A DNA stretch of 64,000 bases from Candidatus Limnocylindrales bacterium (GCA_035623175.1 DASPTY010000214.1:28908-92907), one strand, 5' to 3'. Shown: positions 10,129 through 20,210, counted from the stretch's first letter. The notes: generated by a model not told the origin, from the sequence alone. Program-made: numbers and translations.

Positions 10129-11541
10129 ATGTTCCTGATTCGCCTCATAGGAGTGTTTGTCCTCGTGGCGTTCAACGGCTTTTTTGCCGCCACGGAATTC
10201 TCCCTCGTTGCCGTGCGACTTTCGCGTGTTCGCCAGTTGGTGGCGCGCGGAAATTCCCAGGCCAGAATCGTCGAACATCTCCTCAGCGATTTGCACCGCG
10301 TCGTCTCCGGCGTTCAGGTCGGTATCACGCTCTCGAGCCTGGCCATCGGAGCCCTCGGCGAAATTACACTGGCTCATGTGGTCCAGAGCGTGATGCCCGC
10401 GCAGGGCAGCCTACGCATGATCTTCCTCGTTCATGCCGTCGCCCTCGCCATCGCGTTTATTTTTCTAAGCGCCATCCACGTCGTGTTCGGCGAACTCGTT
10501 CCCAAAACCATCAGTCTTGCTCGCGCGGAACGCGTCGCACTTATGGTGGCGCGCCCGTTCTTGTGGTTCCTGAATACGTTTCGCTGGGCCATCGATCTCC
10601 TCGACGGTACCTCCACCTACGTTGTTAAGGCGCTTGGGATTATGGCGCCCGCTGGCCATGGCGTCGCCCACTCAACGGAGGAATTGCAGATTCAGATTCA
10701 GCAGGCACGGGAGCGTGGCCTTCTCGCTCCCGGGGAAGAGAAATTTATTCTCAGTGCCATCGAGCTCAGCCAGCTACAAGTGCGCGAGATAATGGTCTCC
10801 CGGCCGGATATGCACTTGCTGCCCATCGAAGCTTCTCTGGATGAGGTAATGCGCCTTTTCGCGACCACGCAGCGTTCCCGCATTCCTGTCTACCGCGGCA
10901 CCGTGGACCATGTTCTGGGATTCGTCCACATCAAGGACATGGTGTGGGTCCTTCTCGACCGCGAGCGCCGTCTCGAAGAAAATCTTCCCCCTCCGCCACC
11001 GTTTGACTTGCGTCGCGTCCTTCGCGAAGTTCTCATTGTTCCCGAGACCAAGCCGGCCAGCGAGCTTCTGAGCGAGCTCCGCGCGCGTCACGTTGGCATG
11101 GCCATGGTGGTCGACGAGTTCGGGAGCATTCTCGGGCTCATCACCATGGAAGACCTGCTCGAGCAGTTGGTAGGAGAAATTCACGACGAATTTGACGTTG
11201 TCGAACGGCCCCTCACTCTGGCGGATGGCGCGGTCGTCTTTGATGCCGCTCTTAACGTCCACGATCTCGATAGCCAATACAACATCACGCTTCCCGAGGA
11301 TCCCGTTTATGCGACTGTCGGCGGCTTTGTGATGGATCAGCTCGGATTTATCCCACGCGGTGGTGAAAACTTCGAATTCGGCGATTATCGATTTACAGTC
11401 GTCGAAATGGACGGTCGCCGCGTCGCACGCGTGAAGATTCAGCGTTTACGACCCAAGCTAGACACGCTGGCTCCCGAGTCGACTGCGACTCCTGCGATCG
11501 TCGCAGCTTCCAGGCCAAAATCCAGCACAAAGGAGAGGTAG
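10129..11541 (+). CDS. HlyC/CorC (CNNM) family CBS-domain transporter
   Basis: NGFFAATEFSLV, GELVPK, SRIPVY, VVDEFG..G..TMEDLLEQLVGEIHDE and C-terminal CorC domain; start trimmed to ATG 10129. Confidence 0.92.
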   Translation: MFLIRLIGVFVLVAFNGFFAATEFSLVAVRLSRVRQLVARGNSQARIVEHLLSDLHRVVSGVQVGITLSSLAIGALGEITLAHVVQSVMPAQGSLRMIFLVHAVALAIAFIFLSAIHVVFGELVPKTISLARAERVALMVARPFLWFLNTFRWAIDLLDGTSTYVVKALGIMAPAGHGVAHSTEELQIQIQQARERGLLAPGEEKFILSAIELSQLQVREIMVSRPDMHLLPIEASLDEVMRLFATTQRSRIPVYRGTVDHVLGFVHIKDMVWVLLDRERRLEENLPPPPPFDLRRVLREVLIVPETKPASELLSELRARHVGMAMVVDEFGSILGLITMEDLLEQLVGEIHDEFDVVERPLTLADGAVVFDAALNVHDLDSQYNITLPEDPVYATVGGFVMDQLGFIPRGGENFEFGDYRFTVVEMDGRRVARVKIQRLRPKLDTLAPESTATPAIVAASRPKSSTKER

Positions 11542-11550
11542 ACTCTCTCG

Positions 11551-11622
11551 ATGGCGCGCCATCTCCTTCATCGCTTCCTGCTCACGTTGCCGGCCCTGTG
11601 GGAGGGTGTGCTATCAGAATGA
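11551..11622 (+). pseudogene. N-terminal remnant of a DppB/OppB-type ABC permease
   Basis: MARHLLHRFLLTLPALW resembles the usual DppB start (MxxYLLxRLLLxxPxLW), then loses similarity and stops after 23 codons. Confidence 0.55.
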
Positions 11623-11709
11623 TTGGTGACACTCGGTAGAGTGTCAGCATGGGCAAGATTCGGTGGTAGGAGCGTTGAGTTTCGTGAGGCTCCCGTAGAG
11701 AATGAAGGC

Positions 11710-13035
11710 GTGAATCCGCACAAGCACCGGATCGCCGATTACCTGCGGCCCAAAACGCTGGCGATGTTGTTGCTCGGGTTTTCTTCAGGCCTTCCCTTTT
11801 TACTGGTCGGCAATACGTTCGGCTACTGGCTGCGCGACGAACACACCTCCCTGACGGCGATCGGGTTTCTTTCCTGGGTGGGCATTGCCTATTCGCTAAA
11901 GTTTCTCTGGGCGCCCTTGATGGATCGCGTCGACTTTCCGTTGTTCAAGCGGCTTGGACATCGGCGCGGATGGATGATGTTCTCGCAGATCGTCGTCGGG
12001 CTGGCACTGGCCGCCATGGGCGGAGCCGGCACGAAAGCCGGGCTCGGCCGGCTTGGCGCTCTTGCGCTTGTCGTCGCGTTTGCCTCATCGACACAGGACA
12101 TTGTGGTCGATGCCTGGCGAATTGAGTCGGCAGACGACGGAGAAGAACAAGGCCTCCTCGCGTCTGCCTATCAGTTTAGCTACCGCCTGGCTCTCCTGGC
12201 TGCGGATTCCGTCATCCTCATTGTGGCAGCGACCGTGGGCTGGCGCATGTCCTACGGTATCTACGGCGCATGTATGGCCATTGGAATAATCGCGACCTGG
12301 TTCGCGATGGAACCGGAGCGCGCGGATGCGGTGATGGATCAAAAGCGCGAAGCGCCGCTTTGGACGCCGCGAGGTTTCCTCGATGCTGTTGTGGGACCGT
12401 TCATCGCATTCTTCCGCGCACATGGCTGGCTCGCGCTTGTGATGTTAGCGGCAATCAGCCTCTATCGGTTGCCGGACTTCATCATGGGTCCGATGGCCAA
12501 TCCCTACTACCACGACGTCGGTCTTTCGAAGCAAACGGTCGGAGCGGTGCGCGGCTCAATCGGACTCATTGCCACGTTTGCAGGCATCGCGGCGGGCGGA
12601 TTCTGCTCGCTGAAGCTCGGCTACATGCGCGCGCTCATCATCGGGGGCATTGTGCAGGCAGCTGCGATTGCTGCGTATGCGACTCTGGCATTCGCGGGCA
12701 CGAGCATTCCTCTCTTCGCGCTGGTCATGGCAGGTGACAACTTTGGAATCAGCTTTGCCGGCGTTGCACTTGTTGCATACATGTCGAGTCTCACCAATCT
12801 GGGATACACCGCCACGCAGTATGCGCTCTTGAGTTCAACCTACGCCTGGCTGGGAAAGATCTTGAAGGGGTTTTCCGGTGCTGTGGTAGAAAGCCTGAGC
12901 GCCTCGCACGGCCTCATTCACGCCTACGGCATTTTCTTTATCGCTTGCGGACTGACCGGTGTGCCTGCTGTCGTTCTGTTCGCGGCATTGGGTTACTGGC
13001 ACAGGCGGAAGCAGCCGGCCCCAGCCGCCGCCTAG
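11710..13035 (+). CDS. ampG: AmpG-family MFS permease
   Basis: LLGFSSGLPFLL, YSLKFLWAPLMD, LGHRRGWM, ASSTQDIVVDAWRIE, YTATQYALLSS; start uncertain (11623-11710). Confidence 0.88.
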   Translation: MNPHKHRIADYLRPKTLAMLLLGFSSGLPFLLVGNTFGYWLRDEHTSLTAIGFLSWVGIAYSLKFLWAPLMDRVDFPLFKRLGHRRGWMMFSQIVVGLALAAMGGAGTKAGLGRLGALALVVAFASSTQDIVVDAWRIESADDGEEQGLLASAYQFSYRLALLAADSVILIVAATVGWRMSYGIYGACMAIGIIATWFAMEPERADAVMDQKREAPLWTPRGFLDAVVGPFIAFFRAHGWLALVMLAAISLYRLPDFIMGPMANPYYHDVGLSKQTVGAVRGSIGLIATFAGIAAGGFCSLKLGYMRALIIGGIVQAAAIAAYATLAFAGTSIPLFALVMAGDNFGISFAGVALVAYMSSLTNLGYTATQYALLSSTYAWLGKILKGFSGAVVESLSASHGLIHAYGIFFIACGLTGVPAVVLFAALGYWHRRKQPAPAAA

Positions 13036-13085
13036 GAAGGTCTTCAGTCGTAACGCAAAACCACTGTCCGCTCAACGCGCGGGGC

Positions 13086-13187
13086 ATGGTGGCCGTGCTT
13101 TCGTTCATTTTGTCAGTTGATGCCTGGCGCGACTGGCTTGACCCGCGCACCCGCTCCCAAATGACATCCCTCGATCAGTCACGCTGA
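13086..13187 (+). pseudogene. Degenerate C-terminal remnant of a DppC/OppC-type ABC permease
   Basis: VAVLSFILSVDAWRDWLDPRTR matches the DppC terminal motif VLxFNxxGDxLRDxLDPR with substitutions. Confidence 0.6.
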
Positions 13188-13243
13188 CGCAACGCTTTTG
13201 TAAGAATCGCCTTCCAGGGGAGCAGTTTGTTCAAATGCCAGAT

Positions 13244-14038
13244 CTAGCTCTTCGCCAGTACCACCGGAGCCCCGCGCCCGACCCCCAGCGTCTTCGATGC
13301 GCTTCCCTTATTCATGCCGACCTCGACGTATCCGCTCGAGCCCACATAGGCTACGGCTTCGCCCGCATTCGCAATGGCAAACGTCGGCACAAGCCGTCCC
13401 ACCGCATGCGCGCCGACCTGTAATTTCACTTCGCCTCTTTCAAACGAGTCAGCAGGTAAATCTTCTGCCCTGAAATTCGTGACCAGGTTGCCGAAGCCAT
13501 CAACTTTCAGCACCACACCCTTCAGCAACCCGTCGGCATCCTTCGGCTTCGGCATCGCGAATCGCTTGAAGTCGGCAATTTCCTCACCCATGCTCCCTGG
13601 CTGCCAGTGCTTTGAGAGCCACCCTGCGACAGGTGCAAAGATGTCGCGGCCATGAAACGTCCGGCTGACCGGGTGGAGAAAATAATGCTCGCTCGTCAAG
13701 TGCCGCACCAGGAAGTTCTGTTCTTTCTCGAAGACGCCAGAGAGCACCCCATTATCCGGTGCGATAAAATACTGGTTTTGCCCGCTGACCAGCAACGGCC
13801 TCCGCTCCGTTCCCACTCCCGGATCGACTACCACGACGTGAATCGTACGCGGCGGGAAATACGGATACGCGGAAGCGATCGCCAGCGCGCCATCCAGCAG
13901 GTCGAACGGCGTGACCGAATGGGTGATGTCGACGATGGTCACTTCAGGATTAATTCTCAGGATGACACCCTTCAGCACTCCTACTAGGTGGTCATTCGTG
14001 CCGTAGTCCGTGGTCAACGTGATGATTGGATTCGCCAA
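13244..14038 (-). CDS. SAM hydroxide adenosyltransferase / chlorinase-fluorinase family (DUF62)
   Basis: IITLTTDYG, VVDPGVGTERR, APDNGVL, SRTFHGRDIFAP, DGFGNLVTN; TTG start. Confidence 0.92.
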   Translation of the reverse strand: MANPIITLTTDYGTNDHLVGVLKGVILRINPEVTIVDITHSVTPFDLLDGALAIASAYPYFPPRTIHVVVVDPGVGTERRPLLVSGQNQYFIAPDNGVLSGVFEKEQNFLVRHLTSEHYFLHPVSRTFHGRDIFAPVAGWLSKHWQPGSMGEEIADFKRFAMPKPKDADGLLKGVVLKVDGFGNLVTNFRAEDLPADSFERGEVKLQVGAHAVGRLVPTFAIANAGEAVAYVGSSGYVEVGMNKGSASKTLGVGRGAPVVLAKS

Positions 14039-14293
14039 GTGTCTCTTCCTTTTGTCTGGTGGCGCCCTTTACTGGCGCCGCGGAGCGGAGTGGCACCCCA
14101 TCCATTCACGCTAGCGAAGCCCGCGCGCCTTGGCAAGGAGTCGTGCAATCACCGCTACGCAAGCGCCAACGTCGCCAATTCGCCCCGATAGACGCCGAGG
14201 CAGTCGCACTTGAATCTATTGCGAATTCACGCCCAGCATTTACAATGCATCTCGTAACTCGTCCCAGCCAACAAGAGAGGAGATCCCACTCTT

Positions 14294-16123
14294 ATGCGTT
14301 TCCCCAAGAATGTGCGAGCCCCACAGGTCGCCTTGTCGGTTCACATCCTTGTTCTCGTTTTGATCCAGATGATCGTTCCACTCACTTGCAAGGCCCAGGA
14401 CACCAGTCTGGCAAAAAAACTCGAAGGTTTCGACGCTTACATGGAACAGACACTCAAAGACTGGAATACACCGGGAATCGGCGTGGGAATTGTCGTCAAC
14501 GACAAGCTGGTTTTTGCCAAGGGCTACGGCTATCGCGACTGGGAGAAAAAACTTCCCTTCACCTCGAAAACAATGTGCCCGATCGCCTCCAATTCAAAAC
14601 TGTTTACCGCGGTTGCTGCAGGAATGCTGGTCGAAGAGGGAAAACTGACGTGGGACAAACCAGTGCGCGAAGACGTGCCTGTGATTCAGTTCTACAACGA
14701 CCAGCTTAACAACAATGTCACCCTGCGCGACATGTTGTCGCATCGCACGGGCGTCACGCGCCATGACCTCATCTGGTTCAAGTCTGAATTCAACCGAAAA
14801 CAGCTTTTTGAGCGGTTGAAGTACCTTGAGCCACAGCAGCCCATACGCGAGACCTTCCTCTACAACAATCTGATGTTTTCCGCTGTCGGCTACATCATCG
14901 AATTGAAGTCGGGAAGGACTTGGGAACAGTTCGTCCGCGACAGAATCTTTACTCCGCTCGATATGCCCAGCGCGACGTACAGCATTGCCGACATGCTGAA
15001 ACAACCCGACTTCGGCGTTCCGTTCCGCGAGAAAAGAGACTCGTTCGAGCTGTATAAGATTCCCTACTATGAGGACACCGAGGGCGTAGCCCCCGCGGGA
15101 GCGATCATCTCGAACATCGACGAACTCTCCCACTGGCTCATCGCCCTAATGAACGAGGGGAAATACAACGGGAAGCAGGTTTTGCCCGCGAGTGTGCTGA
15201 AAGCCACGATTCAACCCGCTATCGCCTTGCCAAATTCCCTGGGCGAAGCTCTGGGCTATTGGGAACTTTTGAATCCAGCGTATGGAATGGGACGACAGAC
15301 GGCTTCATATCGCGGGAAGCTCCTCACGTTTCACGGAGGCGACCTTCCCGGGTTTCATTCGCAAGTTTCATTCATGCCCAACGACAAGATCGGGGTGATC
15401 GTGTTCGTCCTCAGTGATCACAGCGCTCCCCTTTATAACGTCGTCACCTATAATGTTTATGAAAGGCTCCTCGGCATGGATCAAACGCCGTGGAGCAAGC
15501 GTCGCCTCGACCAGCGCCTTGCCAACAAAAAGGCCGGCACAGAAGCGCGATCCAAGGCCGGCGCGGACCGTGTTCCGAACACCAAAGCGTCTCACCCGTT
15601 AGCGGACTTCGCCGCCGAATACGAAAATCCAGCGTATGGCATTCTCAAGATCGGTCTTCAAGGTGATCAGCTTCAGTTTGGCTTTCATGCGTTTCAGTTC
15701 CCGTTGAGCCATTTTCACTACGACCGCTTCGACACTCCGGACGACGAACAGTACGGTAAGTTCTCCGTCAATTTCCGGACGAATCCCCAGGGAGACATTC
15801 ATGAAGCCGTAATCTCTTTGGACGAAGCCGAAGTCGTTTTCACGCGTAAGCCGCCGACGCTGGACCCGAGCCTCCTGCAGAAGCTCTCGGGTACATACGT
15901 CACTCCGAGCAAGGTGAAGTTCGAAGTGGCCTACCAGCCGGGCGCTGGCCTAGCCTTGGTTTTCCCGGGCGGACCCCCACAGAAACTGATTCCAATCAAG
16001 GGCCTGCAGTTCCGCACGGAGCACTTCGCCGATACTATTTACGAGTTTGTTTTGGAGAACGGCCAGGTGAAGGGCCTGAAGGAGCGCGACCCCTCCGGAG
16101 AAATCACCTATCCGCGGCAATGA
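14294..16123 (+). CDS. Serine hydrolase, beta-lactamase/PBP-like, with C-terminal DUF3471-like domains
   Basis: Signal-like N-terminus, SxxK (ASNSK), LSHRTG, YNN, HGG; YENPAYG C-terminal module. Confidence 0.85.
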   Translation: MRFPKNVRAPQVALSVHILVLVLIQMIVPLTCKAQDTSLAKKLEGFDAYMEQTLKDWNTPGIGVGIVVNDKLVFAKGYGYRDWEKKLPFTSKTMCPIASNSKLFTAVAAGMLVEEGKLTWDKPVREDVPVIQFYNDQLNNNVTLRDMLSHRTGVTRHDLIWFKSEFNRKQLFERLKYLEPQQPIRETFLYNNLMFSAVGYIIELKSGRTWEQFVRDRIFTPLDMPSATYSIADMLKQPDFGVPFREKRDSFELYKIPYYEDTEGVAPAGAIISNIDELSHWLIALMNEGKYNGKQVLPASVLKATIQPAIALPNSLGEALGYWELLNPAYGMGRQTASYRGKLLTFHGGDLPGFHSQVSFMPNDKIGVIVFVLSDHSAPLYNVVTYNVYERLLGMDQTPWSKRRLDQRLANKKAGTEARSKAGADRVPNTKASHPLADFAAEYENPAYGILKIGLQGDQLQFGFHAFQFPLSHFHYDRFDTPDDEQYGKFSVNFRTNPQGDIHEAVISLDEAEVVFTRKPPTLDPSLLQKLSGTYVTPSKVKFEVAYQPGAGLALVFPGGPPQKLIPIKGLQFRTEHFADTIYEFVLENGQVKGLKERDPSGEITYPRQ

Positions 16124-16131
16124 ACGAGAGC

Positions 16132-16158
16132 GTGGCACAGGCACTCCCGCCTGTGCCA
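16132..16158. repeat. REP-like palindrome
   Basis: G-TGGCACAGGC-actccc-GCCTGTGCCA: perfect 10-bp stem starting with GTGG, just after a stop codon. Confidence 0.55.
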
Positions 16159-16211
16159 TTGCTCACTCTAAGTTGCCAAAGACAATTCCATCCCGCGGAT
16201 TGCGGACTTGC

Positions 16212-16240
16212 TTGCGTTCACGCCATGCCCATCGTACGAT
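16212..16240 (+). promoter_or_regulatory. Putative sigma70 promoter of purA
   Basis: TTGCGT-N17-TACGAT about 105 nt upstream of the purA ATG. Confidence 0.5.
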
Positions 16241-16347
16241 TTCAAATTGGTGTTTCGAACGGATTCCGCTCGAGAGACTTCAGCCCCGCCGTCTCCGCTT
16301 TTCCCTAGATGCCGCGCGGCCCGGTCCTGAGCTAGGAGAGCTCCTAA

Positions 16348-17646
16348 ATGAAATCGGTCGTCGTGGTGGGTGCGCAGTGGGGCGACGAAGGGAAGGGAAA
16401 AGTTGTCGATTATCTCGCCGGGTCGTTCGATTACATTGCGCGAGTTGCTGGCGGCCACAACGCCGGCCATACCGTCATCATCGGCAAAGACCGCTTTGTT
16501 CTCCAGCTAATCCCCTGCGGCATACTCCGGCCCAGGCAGCACGCCGTTATTGGCGCGGGTGTCGTGGTGGACCCCGCAGCCCTCGTTGCGGAAATCGAAA
16601 CTCTTTCAAAAGCTGGAATTGACGTAAAGGGCCGCTTGCACGTCAGCAATCGCGCACACCTTATTTTCCCTTATCACCGAGAGCTCGACCTGGCAGCCGA
16701 AACCGCCCGCGGCGCCAACAAGATCGGCACCACTTCGCGCGGGATTGGCCCTGCTTACGAGGATAAGATGGCGCGGCGCGGCTTACGCATGGCCGATCTG
16801 CTCACGCCCGAGCTCTTTCGGGAAAAAGCAGCTCGCGTGGTGGAGGAGAAGAATCGGATTGCCCGGGGCGCTTATGGCGCGCAAATCGACTTTTCTCACG
16901 AAGTCGACGAAACCCTGAAGTTGGGTGAGAAAATCAAATCCTTCATTTGTGACACTGCCGAGCTCACCAATCGGGCTCTCGACGACGGCAAATCCGTCCT
17001 TTTCGAAGGCGCTCAGGGAACCATGCTTGATATCGATCATGGCACCTATCCCTTCGTCACCTCTTCGAGCGCCACCTCCGGCGGCGCCACGACCGGCATG
17101 GGTGTTCCTCCGACAAAGATCCGTAATGTGCTCGGCGTCTCCAAGGCCTATACCACTCGCGTCGGGGGCGGTCCTTTTCCAACGGAAATGCCCGACCTTG
17201 AGGCGAAAGAAGTCCGCGAGAGGGGCAAGGAGTTCGGCGCCGTTACGGGGCGTCCTCGCCGCTGCGGCTGGCTGGACCTCGCTGAACTCCGCTACGCCAA
17301 AATGATCAACGGCATAGACTCCCTCGTCGTCACGAAACTCGACGTCTTTGACACTCAGCGCGAAATCCGCGTCTGCACAGGCTACAGCTACAAAGGCTCA
17401 CCGGTAAACGAAATGCCTGCCTCCGCGGAAGAGTACGAGCGCGTGACCCCGGTGTATACGACGTTGCCTGGCTGGGAGGCTCCTACCTACGGTATCCGCC
17501 AGGGCGCCAGGCTTCCGCAAAACGCCATCGACTACATGCGCTTCATCTCCGACTTCCTTCAAGTCGAAATCGGCATGATCTCGACTGGCCCGGAGCGCGA
17601 CGCCACGATAATCCAGCCCGGCACCCTACTCGCCCGGTGGCTCTAA
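16348..17646 (+). CDS. purA: Adenylosuccinate synthetase
   Basis: GAQWGDEGKGK, GGHNAGHT, IGTTSRGIGPAY, EGAQG..LDIDHGTYPFVTSS, TGRPRRCGWLD. Confidence 0.98.
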   Translation: MKSVVVVGAQWGDEGKGKVVDYLAGSFDYIARVAGGHNAGHTVIIGKDRFVLQLIPCGILRPRQHAVIGAGVVVDPAALVAEIETLSKAGIDVKGRLHVSNRAHLIFPYHRELDLAAETARGANKIGTTSRGIGPAYEDKMARRGLRMADLLTPELFREKAARVVEEKNRIARGAYGAQIDFSHEVDETLKLGEKIKSFICDTAELTNRALDDGKSVLFEGAQGTMLDIDHGTYPFVTSSSATSGGATTGMGVPPTKIRNVLGVSKAYTTRVGGGPFPTEMPDLEAKEVRERGKEFGAVTGRPRRCGWLDLAELRYAKMINGIDSLVVTKLDVFDTQREIRVCTGYSYKGSPVNEMPASAEEYERVTPVYTTLPGWEAPTYGIRQGARLPQNAIDYMRFISDFLQVEIGMISTGPERDATIIQPGTLLARWL

Positions 17647-17730
17647 CTGCGGGATTGCAGGACGCATCTGATTTTTCTGCCCTCAGGTGGTACATTTCTT
17701 CTCCGGCCTCCAATCGTTCCTAAGGATTCC

Positions 17731-18942
17731 ATGTTCTCCTTCGACCAGGCACGTCAAATCGTCATTACACAGGCCAAAACTCACCTTGGCCCTCGCCCGA
17801 CCATCTCTCTCGCCATCCCCGACGCCCTCGGATACGTTTTGGCACAGGAAATTCGTACCGATCGCGAATACCCTCCTTTTAACCGTTCCACGCGCGATGG
17901 TTACGCTGTCCGCGCCAGCGAAGCCATTCCCGGTGCGGCGCTTCGGTGTGAAGGCGAAATCAAAGCTGGGGACACTGTCTCCCAACCCCTCAGACCTGCC
18001 TCATGCCTTCAAATCATGACGGGCGCCGCAGTCCCGCCAGGTGCTGACGCTGTTGTCATGATTGAGTTCACGCGCCGCGAGAGAGATAGAGTCATTTTCG
18101 ATCGCCCGACTCTCTCCGGACAAAACATCGTCCCCCAAGGCAGCGAAGCCCGTGCCGGCGAACTCGCGCTTTCTCCTGGCCTACGCCTCGGCTATGCTGA
18201 ATTGGCGGTAGCTGCGCAAGTCGGCGTCGCCACGCTGCTCTGTTACAAAAAACCGCGCGTCGCAGTACTCTCCACGGGCGATGAAGTCGTCCCCATAACC
18301 GAGATTCCCGGCCCCTTCCACATCCGCAACAGCAACAGCGTTTCTCTCTGTGCGCAGATTCGTCTTGCCGGAGGCGAACCGGTTCCCTTAGGCAACGCTC
18401 TGGATCGCGTTGACGACCTGTCCACAAAAATCGAAAAAGGACTCCAGGAAGATGTGCTCGTGCTCTCCGGGGGTGTGTCGATGGGGAAGTACGACCTCGT
18501 CGAATCCGTGCTCAAGGGAATGGGCGCAGAGTTTTTCTTCGACGCAGTCGCCATCCGCCCCGGCAAGCCCGCTGTCTTTGGCCGCTGCCGCAATACCTGG
18601 GTCTTCGGGTTGCCCGGCAATCCGGTCTCGACCATGGTCACGTTTCAACTCTTCGTCATTCCCGCGCTCGATATTCTGAGCGGCGCCGCCCCGCGCCCGC
18701 TCCCTCTGCTCGACGCCTCTCTCTCCGAACCAGTGGAGGAGAAATCCGGCCTCACTCATTTCCTTCCGGCCCGCCTTGAATGGTCAAGCGGCGTACCTCA
18801 TGTTCGCGCGCTCCGCTGGCGAGGTTCTGGCGACATTGCTGCCCTAACTCAGGCAAACTGTTTTCTTGTGGTCTCCGCGGACCGTCCGGACCTCCGTGCC
18901 GGAGAGAGGGTTTCCGTTCTGCCTCGGTCCGACGTACTCTAG
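17731..18942 (+). CDS. moeA: Molybdopterin molybdenumtransferase
   Basis: PPFNRSTRDGYA, IMTGAAVPPGADAVV, STGDE, SGGVSMGKYD, RPGKP, GLPGNPVS. Confidence 0.95.
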   Translation: MFSFDQARQIVITQAKTHLGPRPTISLAIPDALGYVLAQEIRTDREYPPFNRSTRDGYAVRASEAIPGAALRCEGEIKAGDTVSQPLRPASCLQIMTGAAVPPGADAVVMIEFTRRERDRVIFDRPTLSGQNIVPQGSEARAGELALSPGLRLGYAELAVAAQVGVATLLCYKKPRVAVLSTGDEVVPITEIPGPFHIRNSNSVSLCAQIRLAGGEPVPLGNALDRVDDLSTKIEKGLQEDVLVLSGGVSMGKYDLVESVLKGMGAEFFFDAVAIRPGKPAVFGRCRNTWVFGLPGNPVSTMVTFQLFVIPALDILSGAAPRPLPLLDASLSEPVEEKSGLTHFLPARLEWSSGVPHVRALRWRGSGDIAALTQANCFLVVSADRPDLRAGERVSVLPRSDVL

Positions 18943-18951
18943 ACAAACGCC

Positions 18952-19452
18952 ATGGCCAAGCTCTCTCACTATTCCACTCGCGGCGAAGTCTCCATGGTCG
19001 ACGTCTCTTCAAAGTCCGTCACCACTCGCACCGCCATCGCTTATGCGTTCGTGCGCATGCCGCCGCGCGTTGTCCGCGCCGTTCGCCGGCTCAAGAATCC
19101 CAAGGGGAATCCCCTCGAAGTCGCTCGGATTGCCGGGATTGCCGCCGCCAAGCGCACCGCCGAGTGGATACCTCTTTGTCATCCACTGCCCATCACTCAC
19201 ATTGATGTGACCTCGCGCCTGTGCAAAGATGGAGTGGAAGTTCATTCTAAGGTCACGGCGACCGCGAAAACCGGCGTCGAAATGGAAGCGCTGGTGGCGG
19301 TGACCTGCGCCGCACTGACGGTTTACGACATGTGTAAAGCCCTCGACAAAGGCATCGAGATTAGTGGGGTCCACCTTCTGGAGAAAACGGGGGGAAAGAG
19401 CGGCGACTATCACCACCATACCGCCAAGCATGTCCGGAGCACCAAGCGATGA
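18952..19452 (+). CDS. moaC: Cyclic pyranopterin monophosphate synthase
   Basis: MVDVSSK, AAKRT..IPLCHP, TGVEMEAL, YDMCKA, KTGGKSG. Confidence 0.96.
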   Translation: MAKLSHYSTRGEVSMVDVSSKSVTTRTAIAYAFVRMPPRVVRAVRRLKNPKGNPLEVARIAGIAAAKRTAEWIPLCHPLPITHIDVTSRLCKDGVEVHSKVTATAKTGVEMEALVAVTCAALTVYDMCKALDKGIEISGVHLLEKTGGKSGDYHHHTAKHVRSTKR

Positions 19453-20204
19453 GCGCGGTCCACAGCAAAAGCGTAAAGCTCCTTCTTGCGGAAGATAACC
19501 CCATGGTTCGGGAACTCATCGCCAAAGGGCTGGATCCTTTCTGCGAGGTGCTCGTGGCCCCGGATGGCGCTGACGCGCTTCTCAAAGTTATCGACGAGCC
19601 TCCCGATCTTATTCTCTGCGACTTCAACATGCCCGGCCTCAATGGCCGCCAGCTTTTTGAAAAGCTCCGTGGCCGCGAAGCGACGCGCCACATCCCCTTT
19701 CTCTTCATGGCCAGCCGAGGCGACATCGAAGAGCGCCTCCGTCCGCTGATTGACGGCGCCGAGGATTTCATCGCCAAGCCATTTTTGCTGAAAGATCTGG
19801 TCCGCTCCGCAAAAAAGGTCATTGACCGACTGCATCTCGAAAAGCTTCAGAAGCAGGCCTCGCGCCCCGGCGTGATTCAAGGACGCCTGGAAGAGATGAG
19901 CATGACCGACCTCATGCAGTCGCTCGAGATGGGCCAGAAATCCTGCCGCCTGCAAGTCAAGAAGGGAAGCGAGCGCGCGGAGTTGTTCTTCACGAGCGGC
20001 CAGTGCCGCGACGCAAAAATTGGCAACATCGCCGGTGATGACGCGGTCTACAAGGTCATCTTATGGTCCGAGGGCGAGTTCGAGATTGATTTCAATGCCG
20101 CCAACGCCTCGACCGCCACCACCACGACGCGCAGCACTACCGGCCTCCTTATGGAAGCCATGCGCTTGATGGACGAAGCCAATCGCGATGCCGTGGGGAC
20201 GTAA
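19449..20204 (+). CDS. Response regulator receiver fused to a DUF4388 (PatA-N-like) domain
   Basis: REC (LAEDN, LCDFNMPGLNG, FIAKPF), then QGRLEEMSMTDLMQSLEMGQKS..W.EGEF..LLMEAMRLMDE. Confidence 0.85.
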   Translation: MSAVHSKSVKLLLAEDNPMVRELIAKGLDPFCEVLVAPDGADALLKVIDEPPDLILCDFNMPGLNGRQLFEKLRGREATRHIPFLFMASRGDIEERLRPLIDGAEDFIAKPFLLKDLVRSAKKVIDRLHLEKLQKQASRPGVIQGRLEEMSMTDLMQSLEMGQKSCRLQVKKGSERAELFFTSGQCRDAKIGNIAGDDAVYKVILWSEGEFEIDFNAANASTATTTTRSTTGLLMEAMRLMDEANRDAVGT

Positions 20205-20210
20205 AGTCAA

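Noticed and set aside
13244-14140. DUF62 gene as a true halogenase with a SAM riboswitch
   Set aside because: Most family members are SAM hydrolases, there is no biosynthetic context, and the short leader lacks SAM riboswitch motifs
7526-16123. Acylase + AmpG + beta-lactamase-like hydrolase as a beta-lactam resistance cluster
   Set aside because: Different strands, separate promoters, and ampG looks independently inserted; these families are mostly not resistance enzymes
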